DNA of 64,000 bases, from contig OZ024741.1 of NCBI GenBank assembly GCA_964016885.1, forward strand, positions 333,498,001 through 333,562,000, written 5' to 3'. Of the stretch, positions 12,867 to 27,722 are shown in pieces; position 1 is the first letter of the stretch, and the number at the start of each line of letters is the position of its first letter. The translations under genes were made by a program, and so were the position numbers. The notes under the pieces were generated by a model. The model was not told the origin of the DNA. It saw only the letters and a list, made by a program, of their open reading frames with translations, and searched no databases. Source of the stretch: Eledone cirrhosa. Its lineage: Eukaryota.

Positions 12867-13342
12867 ATAAGAAATGTGTTTTATAAATTTTGACATAACC
12901 AAGGATAATATACCTTAACGGTTCAAGTTTTCCCTGGATATATATATATGACTGATAGCTAGATAGATAGATATATTTGTCAGCTGACATTTTTTAACTC
13001 TATGCCATTAAAATAAAATAATAAATAAAGAAAAATATAAGTATGTATACGTACATACATATATGTATACAGACGTAGAGTAGTATGTATATACATACAT
13101 ACATGCACACATATATATATATGTTTGTATGGGTTTACCGAACATTTATTATAATGTTCGGTTTGTTTGTAAATAAATAAAGAATAATGTTTTTTTTTAC
13201 TATTTGAAAAATAAATTTTCTTTGCTGTTTCAATGTTAAAACACTCCATTTATGTGAATGTGTGTATACATATACTCCAGTCCTTTGATTGGGATGACTG
13301 GATCACAAACCCAGCTACCTGTTAGTGAAACCATACAATGTA

Positions 13343-13397
<55 letters not shown>

Positions 13398-13563
13398 GAG
13401 AGAGAAGTAAAATCGCCAAGCAGACTCTGCATTCCCCCAATGCATTGAGTACTTCCATGATTTGTGTTTTCTCCTGTCTCAATAACACAGGCTCTCTCTC
13501 TCTCTCTCTCTCTCTCCTTCACTCTCTATCTATCTCTCTATATATCTATATATATATATTATG

Positions 13564-13842
13564 GAGGCACAAGGCATAGTGGTTAGAGCATTGGCCTTGC
13601 AATCAAAAGGTTGTGAGTTCAATTCTCGAACCGGGTGATGTGTTGTTTCCTTGAGCAAGACACTTTATTTCACATTGCTTCAATTTACTCAGTGGTCGTG
13701 GAGGTGCCACGGCAAAAAAGCACCCAGCACTCACTGTAAATGAGGTTGGTGTTAGGAAGGGCATCCAGCTGTAGAAATCAAGCCAGTCCACCCTTGCAAG
13801 CAGGGAAAAGCGGACGTAAAATGAAATGAAAATGAAATGATG
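13564..13842 (+). mobile_element. CORE-like tRNA SINE fused to an RTE-type tail
   Basis: ggcatagtggttagagc, ggttgtgagttcaattctc, ccttgagcaagacactttatttcacattgc, then aagggcatccagctgtag..ggacgtaaaatga; inverted copy at ~19165-19505. Confidence 0.75.
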
Positions 13843-13873
13843 ATATATATATATATATATATGTATATATAGA

Positions 13874-14035
13874 ACAAAGGAAGTGTGGTAAGAAACCAGG
13901 TGGACCATAATGCACCAGAGTACTCGATACTTAAGGTAGTAGAGTGGGTAATGGTAAAAGAATCAGGACCGCGACGGCTGAGCTCCGGCCATTTCAACAG
14001 CTAGATCGAGAGCTGGTGAAACGGCCAGAGCTCAG
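13874..14035. mobile_element. Family G element (tail plus IR with HHR 3' halves)
   Basis: Homologous to 36477-36662 and 40594-40731; GAAA-palindrome-GTC motif in the left arm, truncated in the right arm. Confidence 0.65.
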
Positions 14036-14868
14036 AGAGAGAGCGAGAGAGTGAGAGAGAGAGACAGAGAGTGAGAGACAGAGAGAGAGAGAGAAAGAAG
14101 AAAAGAGAGAGACAAAAAGGGACGAGAAAATGATGATATATATATATATAATCTAATGACAGCCCTAGTTCTGTTTCGTTCCCTAACAAATATTCTGAGA
14201 TATAATACTTGGACTATGGTGTTACCAGCACTCCTTCGTTCCATTACAACACACACAAAGAAAATTACCAATAAGTTAACAGAAAATAAAAAATAAAGAA
14301 ATTTGAAAGAAAATAGTAATTAAAAATTTCACAAGCTAAGACAGAAAATGAAAGAGAAAAAGAGAGTGAAATAGTAAGAAATACAGAAAGTAAGAGATAG
14401 ATAGAGAGTGATAGAGAGTGATAGATAGAAATAGTAAGAGAGAGAGAGAGAGGGACTGCACTGGAAGAATGTGGCAAATTCTGTCATTATCACCATCGCT
14501 GTTCTTTCTGTTGCATGGAAGCAAAAATTCCTGTCAAGCATGATTATAAAGAAAGTATATATATATATATATATAATGTATATATATATATATGCTATAT
14601 ATATTATATTATATATATATATATATAACATAAGGAAGAAGCAACTATCAGTAACTATAAGGTTGTATCAAATATGTATACACAGGTATCTGAAGATTTA
14701 TACACACATACAATACAAATATATATATACATGTATGTATTTATACATTTATATACATATATTCACACACATACATACATATATATATTCTCTCACATAT
14801 ATTTTTTAATAATATTATATAAGAAAAAAATTGGAATTACTTAAAGAGAAACTATATATTTATATATA

Positions 14869-14975
<107 letters not shown>

Positions 14976-15016
14976 CTTATTATAGACACAACTTCACACA
15001 GACACACACACATACA

Positions 15017-15066
<50 letters not shown>

Positions 15067-15206
15067 TATGAGAAATGCAAAATGGAAAAGTAAACAAAAT
15101 AAATCTTCCGATCCGATTCTATTTTCATGTAATTTCTTATATAAGATGTAAAAAAACTCCACTTAGAAGAAGTAAAAGTGAGCTACTTATTTCTGTGAAG
15201 ACGTTT

Positions 15207-15406
15207 NNNNNNNNNNNNNNNNNNNNNNNNNNNNNNNNNNNNNNNNNNNNNNNNNNNNNNNNNNNNNNNNNNNNNNNNNNNNNNNNNNNNNNNNNNNNNN
15301 NNNNNNNNNNNNNNNNNNNNNNNNNNNNNNNNNNNNNNNNNNNNNNNNNNNNNNNNNNNNNNNNNNNNNNNNNNNNNNNNNNNNNNNNNNNNNNNNNNNN
15401 NNNNNN
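15207..15406. other. Assembly gap (200 N)
   Basis: Run of N. Confidence 1.
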
Positions 15407-15654
15407 AAAAGACAGACATAGAATGGGAAAGTAAAATATAAATATAAATAGCAACATGAACATTAACAGCCACAACAGTAGTAGTAGCAGCAGCAGCAAT
15501 AATAACAATAACGGCAGCAGCAGCAACAACAGCAGAAGTAGCAACAGCAGCACAAGTAGCAACAGCACAATATCAGCAACAATGTAATTCAAAATAATAA
15601 TAACACACTCACACACATAAACTTATATAGGTTATTATGTGAGTAACTCGTGGT

Positions 15655-16275
15655 TCATCATTGTTTAACAGCTATTTTCCATGCTAGTATGGGTTAGACG
15701 AGTTGTCCTCTTGTGAAACAAGTCAAATCAGGTGACTGCGTCTTGTTCATACAGAACTGTTTCTGGTTTGGTTTCTATCGCTGGATGCCCTTCCTAATGC
15801 CAACCATGTTGTCAGAGTGGACTAGGTGCTTTTTATTGTCGTACCAAAATGACCAGCTGACAGGATGGAATGGGTACTTTTTTAAAATTGTTTGACCAGC
15901 ACAAACATCTTACAGAGTTGATTGGATTCTTTTTGACATGTCACCAACATAACCACCTTACAAGGTGGGCTGGCTGTTATTTGTCATGTCACCAACACAA
16001 CCACTTTACAAGGTGGCCAGGTTCTTTTTTCTTGTGTTACCAACATGACCATTTTACAGGGTCAGCTCAGTGCTTAGTTGTTGTGTCACCAACATGACCA
16101 GCTTAAAGGCTGTTATTTGTCATGTCACCAACATGACCACTTTCAAGGTGGCCAGGTTCCTTTTTCTTGTGTCACCAACATGACCATTTTACAGGGTCGA
16201 CTGGGTGCTTATTTGTTGTGTCACCAACATGAGCAGTTTAAAGGCTTATTTGTTGGATCGTCAATATGACCACTG
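15655..16275 (-). repeat. RTE-type tail whose internal ~40-bp segment is tandemly amplified (about 10 copies)
   Basis: catcattgtttaac..gctggatgcccttcctaatgcc followed by repeated gtcaccaacatgaccactttaca units. Confidence 0.75.
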
Positions 16276-16991
16276 TGTAAATATGAGTTTGAAAGCAGAG
16301 GCAATGGAGAGGAGTTCCAGCTAGATACTGTCAACAAAATCTCCATGTGGTTTAAATACACAGCAAGTCTCCGGTATCTAAATGGCTATGGCTAAATGTC
16401 AGCAGAAAGGCACCCAGGAGTCATGACCTGGATGGGTTCCAGCCCACTTAGAGTGTAAGAAATTAAGGGCTGAAACACTTACTTGAGGGGGTTTCTTCTC
16501 TGAAGACCTTCTGCTGTCCAGCTCTCCTGCGAGTTTCTTACAACTCTCTCTCTTTCTCTCTCTCTCTCTATATATATATACACACACAGACACTGTGGTA
16601 AACGCAGTAAATTAATATTAAAAAACAAAACAGAAGTCAAAAGAAATATAATCAATTTTCATAAAATAAAAATAATATTAATAATAGAGACAATAACAAT
16701 AGTAACAACAATAAAAACAATATAAATAATAATAATAATGATAATAATAAAGTATAATAATGTATGATGATGACGATGATGATAATAATTTTAATGATGA
16801 TGATAATATATTCTTACCCCTTCACCAAACACAACACAACAAAGACAAAAAAAATCACAGAAAAAAGCAAAAAGTATATAAACAATATACAACAACAAAA
16901 ATCAATGTAGCTTCCCTGATTTATTGATATTTCAAAGAAATTTTAAGGAGCTAAGAGGTTTTACAATGGAAGAAGAAGTAGAAGAAGAAGT

Positions 16992-17022
<31 letters not shown>

Positions 17023-17181
17023 GAAGAAGAAGAAGAAGAAGAAGAAATAACGAATGAGTACACATACACACATATAACCCAGATTCCTTGCTATTTTTTC
17101 TATGTACATATGTATGTATCTATGTATCTATCTTCTATCTATCTCTCTCTATATATATATTTATACATATATATATAAGCG

Positions 17182-17215
<34 letters not shown>

Positions 17216-17248
17216 CATGTATATATATATATATACATATATATATAA

Positions 17249-17297
<49 letters not shown>

Positions 17298-17304
17298 TAT
17301 ATAA

Positions 17305-17379
<75 letters not shown>

Positions 17380-18099
17380 AGCATATATATCATCATCATT
17401 TTACGTCCGCTTTTCCCTGCTTGCAAGGGTGGGACAGGAACTGATTCTGGCTTGATTTCTACAGCTGTGTATGTATGTGTATGTATGTATGTATATATGT
17501 GTATGTATGTATATATGCATTTATATATGTGCGTATATGTGTATATGTATGTATATATATATATACACATGTAATATATTGCACTACAATTGACCAATGC
17601 TTAGAGGACCTTCAGTACTGCGGAGCAGCAAATACATAAATAAATAAATAAATAAACATAAAATAATAAAAATAACACAATAAACACAAACACACAAAAA
17701 TAAAATAAAATAAAAATAATAATAAATATAATAATAATGACAAAAGCGAATCTTACTGTGATTTTTAGTTCTACCTAAATAGAAATTGGATTTTAGTATT
17801 AATCTATTATATTTTGGTGGGGGAGATATTTATAGAATGACGTCTACTTAATATCAGGTGGTGGGTTGTTGTAATGAAGGGACTTTATTAGAGCTAGGTA
17901 GGTAGATAGATAGATATGTAGATCGATAGAGAGATAGATAGGTAGGTTTATAGATAGATACATAGATAGGGAGAGAGGGAAACTGAGAAACAGCGGGGAG
18001 AAACACAAATTTATCAGTACATAAATAGACACATGTTTGGATATAAACACACAGATATATATATATATAAATATATGTATATATATCATTACACATGCA

Positions 18100-18182
<83 letters not shown>

Positions 18183-18335
18183 CATCATCATCACACATAT
18201 ATATGTATAATATACATATACAAATATATATATGTATATAAGTACGTAAATGGCTAACATAAATAACAAAGCAAATGACACAGTACAATGAAAAAATATA
18301 TTATTAATTTTACACTTAATATAGTAGAAAAAGTG

Positions 18336-18371
18336 TCTTAATGTTTCGGACGCTAGACTTTCATCAGAAAA
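18336..18371 (-). ncRNA. Minimal hammerhead motif (family C, diverged copy)
   Basis: Minus strand TTTT-CTGATGA-AAGTCTAGCGTCC-GAA-ACAT-T-AAGA; stem III ACGT mutated to ACAT. Confidence 0.6.
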
Positions 18372-18861
18372 TAGAATGAGAAATCAAAGAAGAAATAAAA
18401 AGATAGAGGAGAGTGGGCAGTGGCAGAAATGAAAAAAATATTCATGACAAAAGAAGTGACTAACATCGGTGGGGTCAGGAAGGGCATTCCGCTATAGAGC
18501 ATTGCCTCAAACATCCTGTCCAACCCATGCAAGCATGGATAATTCGAGGTAAAAATATAATGTTGGTGCCACAGAAATGCACCCAGTACACTCTGTAGTG
18601 TGATCGATGATAGGAAGAGTACCCCACTGTACATGCCAAAAGTGTTGAGAAGACCCTTCAGATGGGTCAATGGCATGATTCACCTCTGTTGTGTTGGTGA
18701 TCTACACAATAACCACACCCAGTACACACTGTTTGGTGTTAAGAAATGCATCCAGTTGTAGAAAGCTTGCCAAAGAAAAAGAGTTGACAGGAGCTTTCAG
18801 TTGTGTCAGCATAGCTAAAGGATCCTCCTGATCCTTAGCTTGGTAGGTTTTCTATGTCCTG

Positions 18862-19008
18862 GACATTCCTGATGATTTCATACGGATGTAACAGTTCTAG
18901 TCTTGTAGAAGTCATTTCTATATATATAATAAAGATGCCTATACTCTACCAATGTATTGAGTTCATTTTTTAACTGTGGTTACCTCTTGACACAACTCAG
19001 GAATCTAC
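18862..19008 (+). mobile_element. Family E element with degenerate HHR and tail
   Basis: CTGATGA-TTTCATACGGAT-GTAA-CAGTTCTAG-TC-TTGT; homologues at 36256-36380 and 40455-40550 keep GAAA. Confidence 0.55.
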
Positions 19009-19879
19009 ATACACACACACACATATATATATTCAAAGCAAGGGGTGGACAGGTTGAAGACTTTGGAAAATGAACTGGAAAAACAGACAGTGCAGTCTCC
19101 TCAGTCAACCTCTGAAAATCACTACAGTTTCAGCTCATTACGGTTGAGATTGTTCATATATATATATCATCATCACCATCATCATTTTACGTCCGCTTTT
19201 CCCTGCTTGCAAGGGTGGGACGGGAACTGATTCTGGCTTGATTTCTACAGCTGGATGCCCTTCCTAACACCAACCTCATTTATAGTGAGTGCTGGGTGCT
19301 TTTTTCCGTGGTGCCTACACGTCCACTTTGCAGTGGAATGATAGGGACCCCAGTCCCTATCATCTCATTTCTACAGCTGAGTAAACTGGAGCAATGTGAA
19401 ATAAAGTGTTTTGCTCAAGGAAACAACACATCACCCGGTCTGAGAATTGAACTCACAACCTTTCGATTGCATCCTTTTGATTCTAACCACTAAGCCATGT
19501 GCCTCTCTCTCTCTCTATATATATATATATACAGAGACAGACAAAGGGTGGCTGATAAAAGTGTATAGACATGTGAATGTAAGAGTTTATGTCTGACCTT
19601 AGGCAGGGAAAGATATTACATACTTGGTGGGTTTATAGTAGGACCCTTGAGCCTGCACAAACTTAGCCCAGGGATCCTTCATTCCACTGTTTGAAGCATA
19701 TCTGGAATATTTCTTCAGTTCTGCTGTAGATGTGCACCTGATAACTCTTGGTTCTCAAAGAAGTCAGAAGGAACCATATCTGAAAAGCAGGGACCTTGAC
19801 TAATTAGTAAAATGCCTTTTTTTACCAAAGAATCTTGGACCAGCTGTGATGTATGAATCATGATCTGTCTGTCAGTTTT

Positions 19880-20185
19880 GCCATTGATCCAGTCACAAAG
19901 ACGTCAGATGACTTTCTGACAGTACTTCTTTGTAACTGTGAAGGTCACAGATCCAGTCACAAAGATATCGGAGGAAACTTTCTGACAATACCTGTGGGGG
20001 CAACAGATCTGATCACAAAGATGTCAGAGGAGGACAAATTCCTGATAGTATTTCTTTTTAACTGTGAGGACCACAGATCCAGTCACAAAGACATCTGAGG
20101 ACTTTCTGACAGTACTCCTTTGTAACTGTGAGGGCCACAGATGTGGTCGTCAAGATGTCAGAGAACCTCCTGATAGCAAACAATT
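19880..20185. repeat. Degenerate ~60-bp tandem repeat, about 5 copies
   Basis: Recurring acagatccagtcacaaagatgtcagagga..tttctgacagtact units. Confidence 0.8.
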
Positions 20186-22239
20186 TTAACTGTTTGTCTT
20201 TCTGGTGCCTATTCATGATACACAACATCTTGAGAATCAAAGAAAATAGTCAGCAAAATTGGGATCTTGCTCTGCATATGAAGTACTGTTTCGGAGGAGA
20301 GGAGTACTTGGCACATTGGATACTTCTACTATGATGATTAAGCTTTGGTTTCCGTGTCAAACTAATACTTCCCACTTATCATCTCCAGGTATTATGGTAT
20401 TCAGGAACTAAAGATCCTTGTTGGCTATATTGGGGGAAATATTTTCTGATTTAGGCACAAGGCCAACAATTTTGGGGGAGAGGAGAGTTGATTACACCGA
20501 CTCCAGTGTGTTATTGGGGTGCTTCATTTTATCGACCCCATAAGGTTAAAAGATAAAGCTAACCTCGGTGGGATTTGAACTCGGAACATAAAAGGGACGT
20601 AACTTTATATTGTAAAGCATCTTGTCTGACAGTTTACCGATAATATTGAATGAAATGAAAATGTGACAAGTAAGTAGTGCAACACCTAGCATGCTGGTTG
20701 CCTGACAGCAACTGACACATCCAGAGAGCTTGCCAAAACCCACACATGCACAGGAATGTATGCAGCTTAATTCTGCATGCAATTGCCTCCCTAATGTCAT
20801 TACTTCCCATGGGGTGGGGGGAAATAAAGTCACATATGTGAATGTATGCTCAAACGTATGTGTGTGTATATCTGTGTATGTGGCTCTGTGTTTGAATATG
20901 TGTGATTATGTGTATATCTGTCTGGATATATATATGTGAGCATGTGTATGTGCATATGTAAGTGTATATCTCTGTAAGTATATGTATGTGTGATTTTACT
21001 ACTGTGTGTGTGTGCGTGTAAGAGTGTGTTATATTTGTATGTATGTTTTCTTAAGATTCTATAAGGAAAGTGAAAATAGAAACAAAAGTGAAAGTAAAAG
21101 AAAGCAAATGACAAAGGGGGAGAGAGGGAGAAGGGAGAGAGAGGGAGAAGGGGGAGAGAGAGACAAAAAGAGAGAATGGTGGATAGAGAGATAGAAAGAA
21201 AGAGGGAAGAGAGAGAGGGAACAAAGAGAGACAGACAAACACAAACAGATGGACCAAGAGGCAGACAAATAGAGAGTAAGAAAATGAGAGAGAGAATCAG
21301 ACACATGAACAAAGAAGCAGAGAGAGAGAGAGAGAGAAGCAGAGGAGCTAAAGGGAGACAAATAAAGACAGAATGGGAAAGAATCAGAGGGAGTGAGGAA
21401 GAGAGAGAAATAGAGAGAGAGAGAGAGAGACAGACAGATGAATGAAGAGGCAGATTGACAAACAGACAGACATAGAGAGATAGTGATGAAGGGAGAGAGA
21501 GTGGGCGAGAGAGAGATATTCAGAGAGAAAGAATGATAGATAGGAGAGCAAGTATGTGTGTCTGTGTGTACGTCTCCGTGTCTTAATTGTGACTGGCTCA
21601 CTGCTAAACAGGACAAATACCTCTACAGCCCCATTAATCGTTAATGGAATAAAGGGCAAGAATCTCAGATTCCATCCTCTGTGAAAATGGAACAACCAGC
21701 CAATAGATGCTGCTGCCCTTATGATCTACACACACAGACACGCATATGCACACACATACACTCACATTCTTGCACAACCAACCAATGGATGTTGCCCTTT
21801 TTATTATTGTACACACATTCTGAGTTCAAATCCCGCAGAGGTTAGCTTTGCCTTTCATCCTTACAGGGTTGATAAAATAAAACACCAGTAAGTACTGGGG
21901 TCGATTTAATCGACTTTCCCCTCCCCCCAAAAATTGTTGGCCTTGTACCTAAACCAGAATCCCTAATTATCAATAGAAATAGACATTCTTGCACATGTTT
22001 CTATGCATACATAAATTCAACAAAACAGCCTGCTGAGAAAATGCATGTGCAAGTGTTTGAGCATTCCACAGACATGCATATTCTCAATGTAGTTCTCAGG
22101 GAGATTCAACATGACACAGAATGTGACAAGGGTATACCTTTAAATTACAGGTACAACTCATTTTTGGCAGCTGAGTGAACTGGAGCAAAGTGAACACAAT
22201 GCACTGTCGAGAATCGAACATACACACATACATATACAT

Positions 22240-23950
22240 ACATTTCCACATACTTGAACATTATTTCCACATACCAGCATATATCTATATATACACATAT
22301 TTCCACATACCAGCATATATATATATATATGCACACACATTTCCACATACCAGCATATATCTATATATATACACACACACATTTCCACATACCAGCATAT
22401 ATCTATATACACACACATTTCCACATACCAGCATATATCTATATATACACACACACATTTCCACTTACCAGCATATATCTATATATACGCACACACTTTT
22501 CCACATACCAGCATATATATATGCACACACATTTCCACATACCAGCATATATCTATACACACACACATTTCCACATACCAGCATGTATCTGTATATACAC
22601 ACATATTTCCACATACCAGCATATATCTATATATACACACACACATTTCCACATACCAGCATATATCTATATACACACACATTTCCACATACCAGCATAT
22701 ATCTATACACACACACATTTCCACATACCAGCATGTATCTATATATACACACATATTTCCACATACCAGCATATATCTATATATACACACACACATTTCC
22801 ACATACCAGCATATATCTATATATACACACACACATTTCCACATACCAGCATATATCTATATATACACACACATATCCACTTACCAGCATATATCTATAT
22901 ATACACACACATTTCCATTTACCAGCATATATCTATATATATACACACACACATCTCCACTTACCAGCATATATCTATATATACACACACATTTCCACAT
23001 ACCAGCATATATCTATATACACACACATTTCCACATACCAGCATATATCTATATATACACACACACATTTCCACTTACCAGCATATATCTATATATACAC
23101 ACACACTTTTCCACATACCAGCATATATATATATGCACACACATTTCCACATACCAGCATATATCTATACACACACACATTTCCACATACCAGCATGTAT
23201 CTATATATACACACATATTTCCACATACCAGCATATATCTATATATACACACACACATTTCCACATACCAGCATATATCTATATATACACACACATCTCC
23301 ACTTACCAGCATATATCTATATATACACACACATTTCCACTTACCAGCATATATCTATATACACACACACATTTCCACTTACCAGCATGTATCTATATAT
23401 ATATACACATACATTTCCACATACCAGCATATATCTATATATACACACACACATTTCCACATACCAGCATATATCTATATATACACACACATCTCCACAT
23501 ACCAGCATGTATCTATATATATACACACATCTCCACTTACCAGCTTATATCTATATATATACACACACATTTCCACTTACCAGCATGTATCTATATATAG
23601 ACACATACATTTCCACATACCAGCATATATCTATATATACACACATTTCCACATACCAGCATATATCTATATACACACACATTTCCACATACCAGCATAT
23701 ATCTATATACACACACATTTCCACATACCAGCATATATCTATATATACACATACATTTCCACATACCAGCATATATCTATATATACACACACACATTTCC
23801 ACTTACCAGCATGTATCTATATATACACATACATTTCCACATACCAGCATATATCTATACACACACACATTTCCACATACCAGCATATATCTATACACAC
23901 ATCTCCACTTACCAGCATATATCTATATATATACACACACATTTCCACAT
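22240..23950. repeat. ~30-36-bp minisatellite (atttccacataccagcatatatctatatatacacacac)n
   Basis: About 50 tandem copies; explains the 615-aa and 448-aa pseudo-ORFs. Confidence 0.95.
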
Positions 23951-25114
23951 ACATATATTTTTACATATACATACACATATCAACACACTTACACATGTAT
24001 CTATAAATTCATATACACATAAACATCTCAATATGTATCAATACATACATACATACACACATACACCTCACATGTATCTATACACACACACATCTTCACA
24101 TGCATTAACACACACATACACACATATAAACATCTCCATGTGTATCAATACATACATACACAGACATGCATCTCCACATACACATGCATAAACATCTCCA
24201 CATACCCCTTACATATATCTATACACGCACACACATTTCTACATGTATCAACACACACATACACACACATCTCCACATCTCCACGTGTATCGATACACAC
24301 ACACATCTCCACACACATTTCAACGTGTATCAACATACACACACACATATCTTCATATACACCTCACATGTATTAACACACACACACACACATCTCCATA
24401 TACATCTCACATGTAGTATCTATAAAATTGATTATGTAATTCTCTGCTCCAATACTTCTGTTGTGTAATTTTTTTTGCCCTGCTCTGCCCTGCCCCTCCC
24501 TGCCACCCCTCTCTGCCACCCACCTCCCAGCCTTGTTACATTCCCTACCCATCCTCCCTCACAACCATAGACACAGTTTCATGAGATACAAATGAAATTA
24601 CTAGACAGATAATTCTTTTTCTATTTAAACTGAAATGCAATAAATAAAATGGGATTATAAATGTGTGTGTTTCTATTTACATACATGTATATATATATAT
24701 GTGTGTGTGTGTGTTTATGTATGTGTGTGTGTAAATAGTGGGGCAGAAAGCTTGCCTAACAAAGTGTTGGGAGAACCCTTCAATTGTGTCAAGGACATGA
24801 TGGCTTCTCTAGTATTGGTGATGTACATGATAAATGCACCCAGTACATGCTGTAAAGCGGTTGATGAAAGGAAGGACATCCAGACATAGAAAGCTTGCCA
24901 AACAAAAGGTTGGGACGACCCTTCAGTTGTGTTAATGAGATGACAATCTCGCTGCTGCACTCAGTAGAACATGAGACCATATGTAAGTAAGATGCAGATC
25001 CCTGGCCTGTCTGGGATACCAGTAGCCCTGCTTCAGTACTGACTTGGTATATGTAGACATGTCCTAACTTTACTAACAGGGAAAGCAGATGTTAAACAAT
25101 GATGTCACTGCCCA

Positions 25115-25240
25115 TGTTTCTAAACTTCTTCCATCCTCTTTTTATTCGAGTTACTATGTTCCTGGAGCATTCACCTCCACTGCTAATTAGATCATCCAGG
25201 TAGCAGAAGTAATCAATCCCTTCTATAGATCCTACCTGGG
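25115..25240 (-). pseudogene. RTE-clade LINE RT fragment
   Basis: Peptide IEGIDYFCYLDDLISSGGECSRNIVTRIKRGWKKFR (thumb region FxYLG..I..RI..W..F). Confidence 0.75.
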
Positions 25241-25350
25241 ATTGACAAAGGTGTATATCACTGACACTCTTAATATCAATTTTCCACTGAACATCTATTA
25301 TATACAAAGTCTTTCTTTCCTATTAGCCTACCTGCTGTCATACTACACCT

Positions 25351-25495
25351 CTTGTGTACCCAAGATACACATTAAGTACATATATATATATATTTATATA
25401 TATATGTACTTAATGTGTATCTTGGGTACACAAGATACACATTTAATGCTTAAAATAGCAGGAAGAGGGTCTTAATGTTTCGGATGCTAATTGAA
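25351..25495. mobile_element. IR centred on (TA)n followed by truncated family C element (minus)
   Basis: cttgtgtacccaagatacacattaagtaca / tgtacttaatgtgtatcttgggtacacaag, then tagcaggaagagggtcttaatgtttcgga. Confidence 0.65.
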
Positions 25496-25680
25496 GAGGC
25501 GGGTGGGGTGGAATTGGAAGAAATGTTTTTAGAGAAAAATTACAGGTCCATTCATATGTGGATTTTCAAATTGGATTTTCACTCTGAAACTGGATGTGCA
25601 CCCAGAGTTTACCTGAACTTCCACCCATGAAATCTTTTCCTATCACTGATATTTTCTTTGCATCTTGCATTATTTATATA

Positions 25681-25840
25681 AGGGTCGGACGCCATGCTTT
25701 CCAGCATAGTTATGTCCCTTTACGATCTGAGTTCAAATCCCGCCGAAGTTGACTTTGCCTTTCATCCTTACGGGGTCGATAAAATAAAGTACCAGTAATG
25801 CACTGGGTAATTGCTGGCCTTGTGCCTAAAGTAGAAACAA

Positions 25841-25845
<5 letters not shown>
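25681..25845 (+). mobile_element. Meta-like tRNA SINE
   Basis: Near-identical to 8200-8365. Confidence 0.8.
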
Positions 25846-25907
<62 letters not shown>

Positions 25908-26069
25908 AATGATGAAGATGATATATATATGTATTGGAGTAACAATAGTGTGTGTTGCTTGGAAATGAGAAAGTCACTCCAGGTAGAGCCGCTACTTCTC
26001 TGAATTGAGAGATCACAACTCCGATATTATGGACTTGTGGTTAGAATGTCTCAGGAAAGAATGACTTGA

Positions 26070-26260
26070 CGGATTTTATGGGCAAAACCAACCGGCAGGA
26101 GACCCAGGTATAGATCCTAAGCAAGACGGTTGGATAAAATCCATGAGGTCAGATGGTGTTGCTTGCATGAGTTAGAGTTAGTTGCTTTTGACAGGGCCTG
26201 CTAGAAAGAGTATTCGAGGACTTTGCCCCCACACCCTTCCCAGGAAGAAGAAGAAGGACA
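26070..26260 (+). pseudogene. RTE-clade LINE ORF C-terminus with (GAA)n tail
   Basis: Degenerate peptide KPTGRRPRYRS*ARRLDKI..LVAFDRA. Confidence 0.6.
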
Positions 26261-27404
26261 ACAACAACAACAACAACCAGCAATGACTGAGTATATTCAG
26301 CAGCAGAAACCTACAGGTGATACATGATTCTACGACCCATCTAAGGGGAAGTTAGTCATCATAATCATCACTGTTTAACGTCCATCTTCCATGCTAGCAT
26401 GGGTTGGACAGTTTTGTCCCATTAGAGGTCAGATTGGTCAGGAGACCATGTCTCGCTCGTACAGAACTGTTTTTGGCAGGTTTTCTATGGCTCGATGCCC
26501 TTCATAACATCAACCACATTTACAGTGTGGACTGGGTGCTTTTTGTTGTGACACCTACACAACCACTTTACAGTGTGGACTAGGAGCCTTTTTACCATGT
26601 CTCCTCCATAAAACCTAATTTTTATGATCTACACAATGAATTATAATGCTAGTGGCTGAGTATTCGACAGATACTTGCTCCTTTAACATATTCTTCAGGC
26701 AGAATCAACAATAAAGAGTGTTCACAAAGCTTGCTCTTTAAATTACATGTATAGTCCATCTGTTACCTGACTACACATTTTCTGTAAGGCTAGATTAACT
26801 ATTAACCCTTTTGGTATGAAGCTATCTGAATCCACTCCTATTTTTATGACACAAAACAGCTTATTTTAAAGTAGTCATACCTAAATCATAACCTTTCATC
26901 ATAATTTCTTTTTTGTAAAAACTGTTTTTGATTAGTATCATTAGCTTGGTATAAGAAAGTTAGTTTTATCATTAAATTCCTCCAAATTCTTGATTATTTT
27001 CAACCTTAATTGAAACCTATACTCAGTGTCTTTCCTTAGAAATATTGTAATGAAAAGTTTAAAGCAAAATAAGTACATGTTTAAAGTATCAGGGGAAGAA
27101 GCGTACCATTTTATCCAAATTAAATTTAAAATATTTGTCATAACAAAAAATTGTGTGTGTGGGGTGGATAGATTTTTAAGGAGGTAGGTGCAATCATAGT
27201 ATTTTACCTGCTTAGAGCCATGAAAGTGCTTAATACTGTGCTAGTTACTGCAGTAGGTATTGGTCACATACATGAATAACGTTGTGTGGTACTGCCAGGG
27301 TTAGATTTAATCATTAAGCAAACTAAGGCACCATTATATTGAAATTAAATGGATCTGTCATTCCAAAAAACAATTATTTGGCAGACTCTATATATGGGGG
27401 TCAC

Positions 27405-27722
27405 CATAATCTGGGAAGTGTGGCCCATTGCTATGAGGCTAGAGGAACCAGATGACCAGATAATTGTAGAAGTGTGGTCTGTTGCTATGATGAACCAGAT
27501 GACCAGATAATCTGAGAAGTGTGGCCCATTGCTAAGAGGCTGGAGGAACCAAATGACCAGATAATCTGAGAAGTGTAGCCCATTGCTAAGAAGCTAGAGG
27601 AACCAGATGACCAGATAATCTGAGAAGTGTGGCCCATTGCTAAGAAGCTAGAGGAACCAGATGACCAGATAATCTGAGAAGTGTGGCCCATTGCTATGCT
27701 GAACCAGATGACCAGATAATCA
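27405..27722. repeat. 57-bp minisatellite (gaggaaccagatgaccagataatctgagaagtgtggcccattgctaagaagcta-like), about 6 copies
   Basis: Direct tandem copies; explains ORF 27485-27691. Confidence 0.9.

Noticed and set aside
22175-24022. 615-aa and 448-aa ORFs
   Set aside because: Translation of a ~33-bp minisatellite lacking stops; no domain signature
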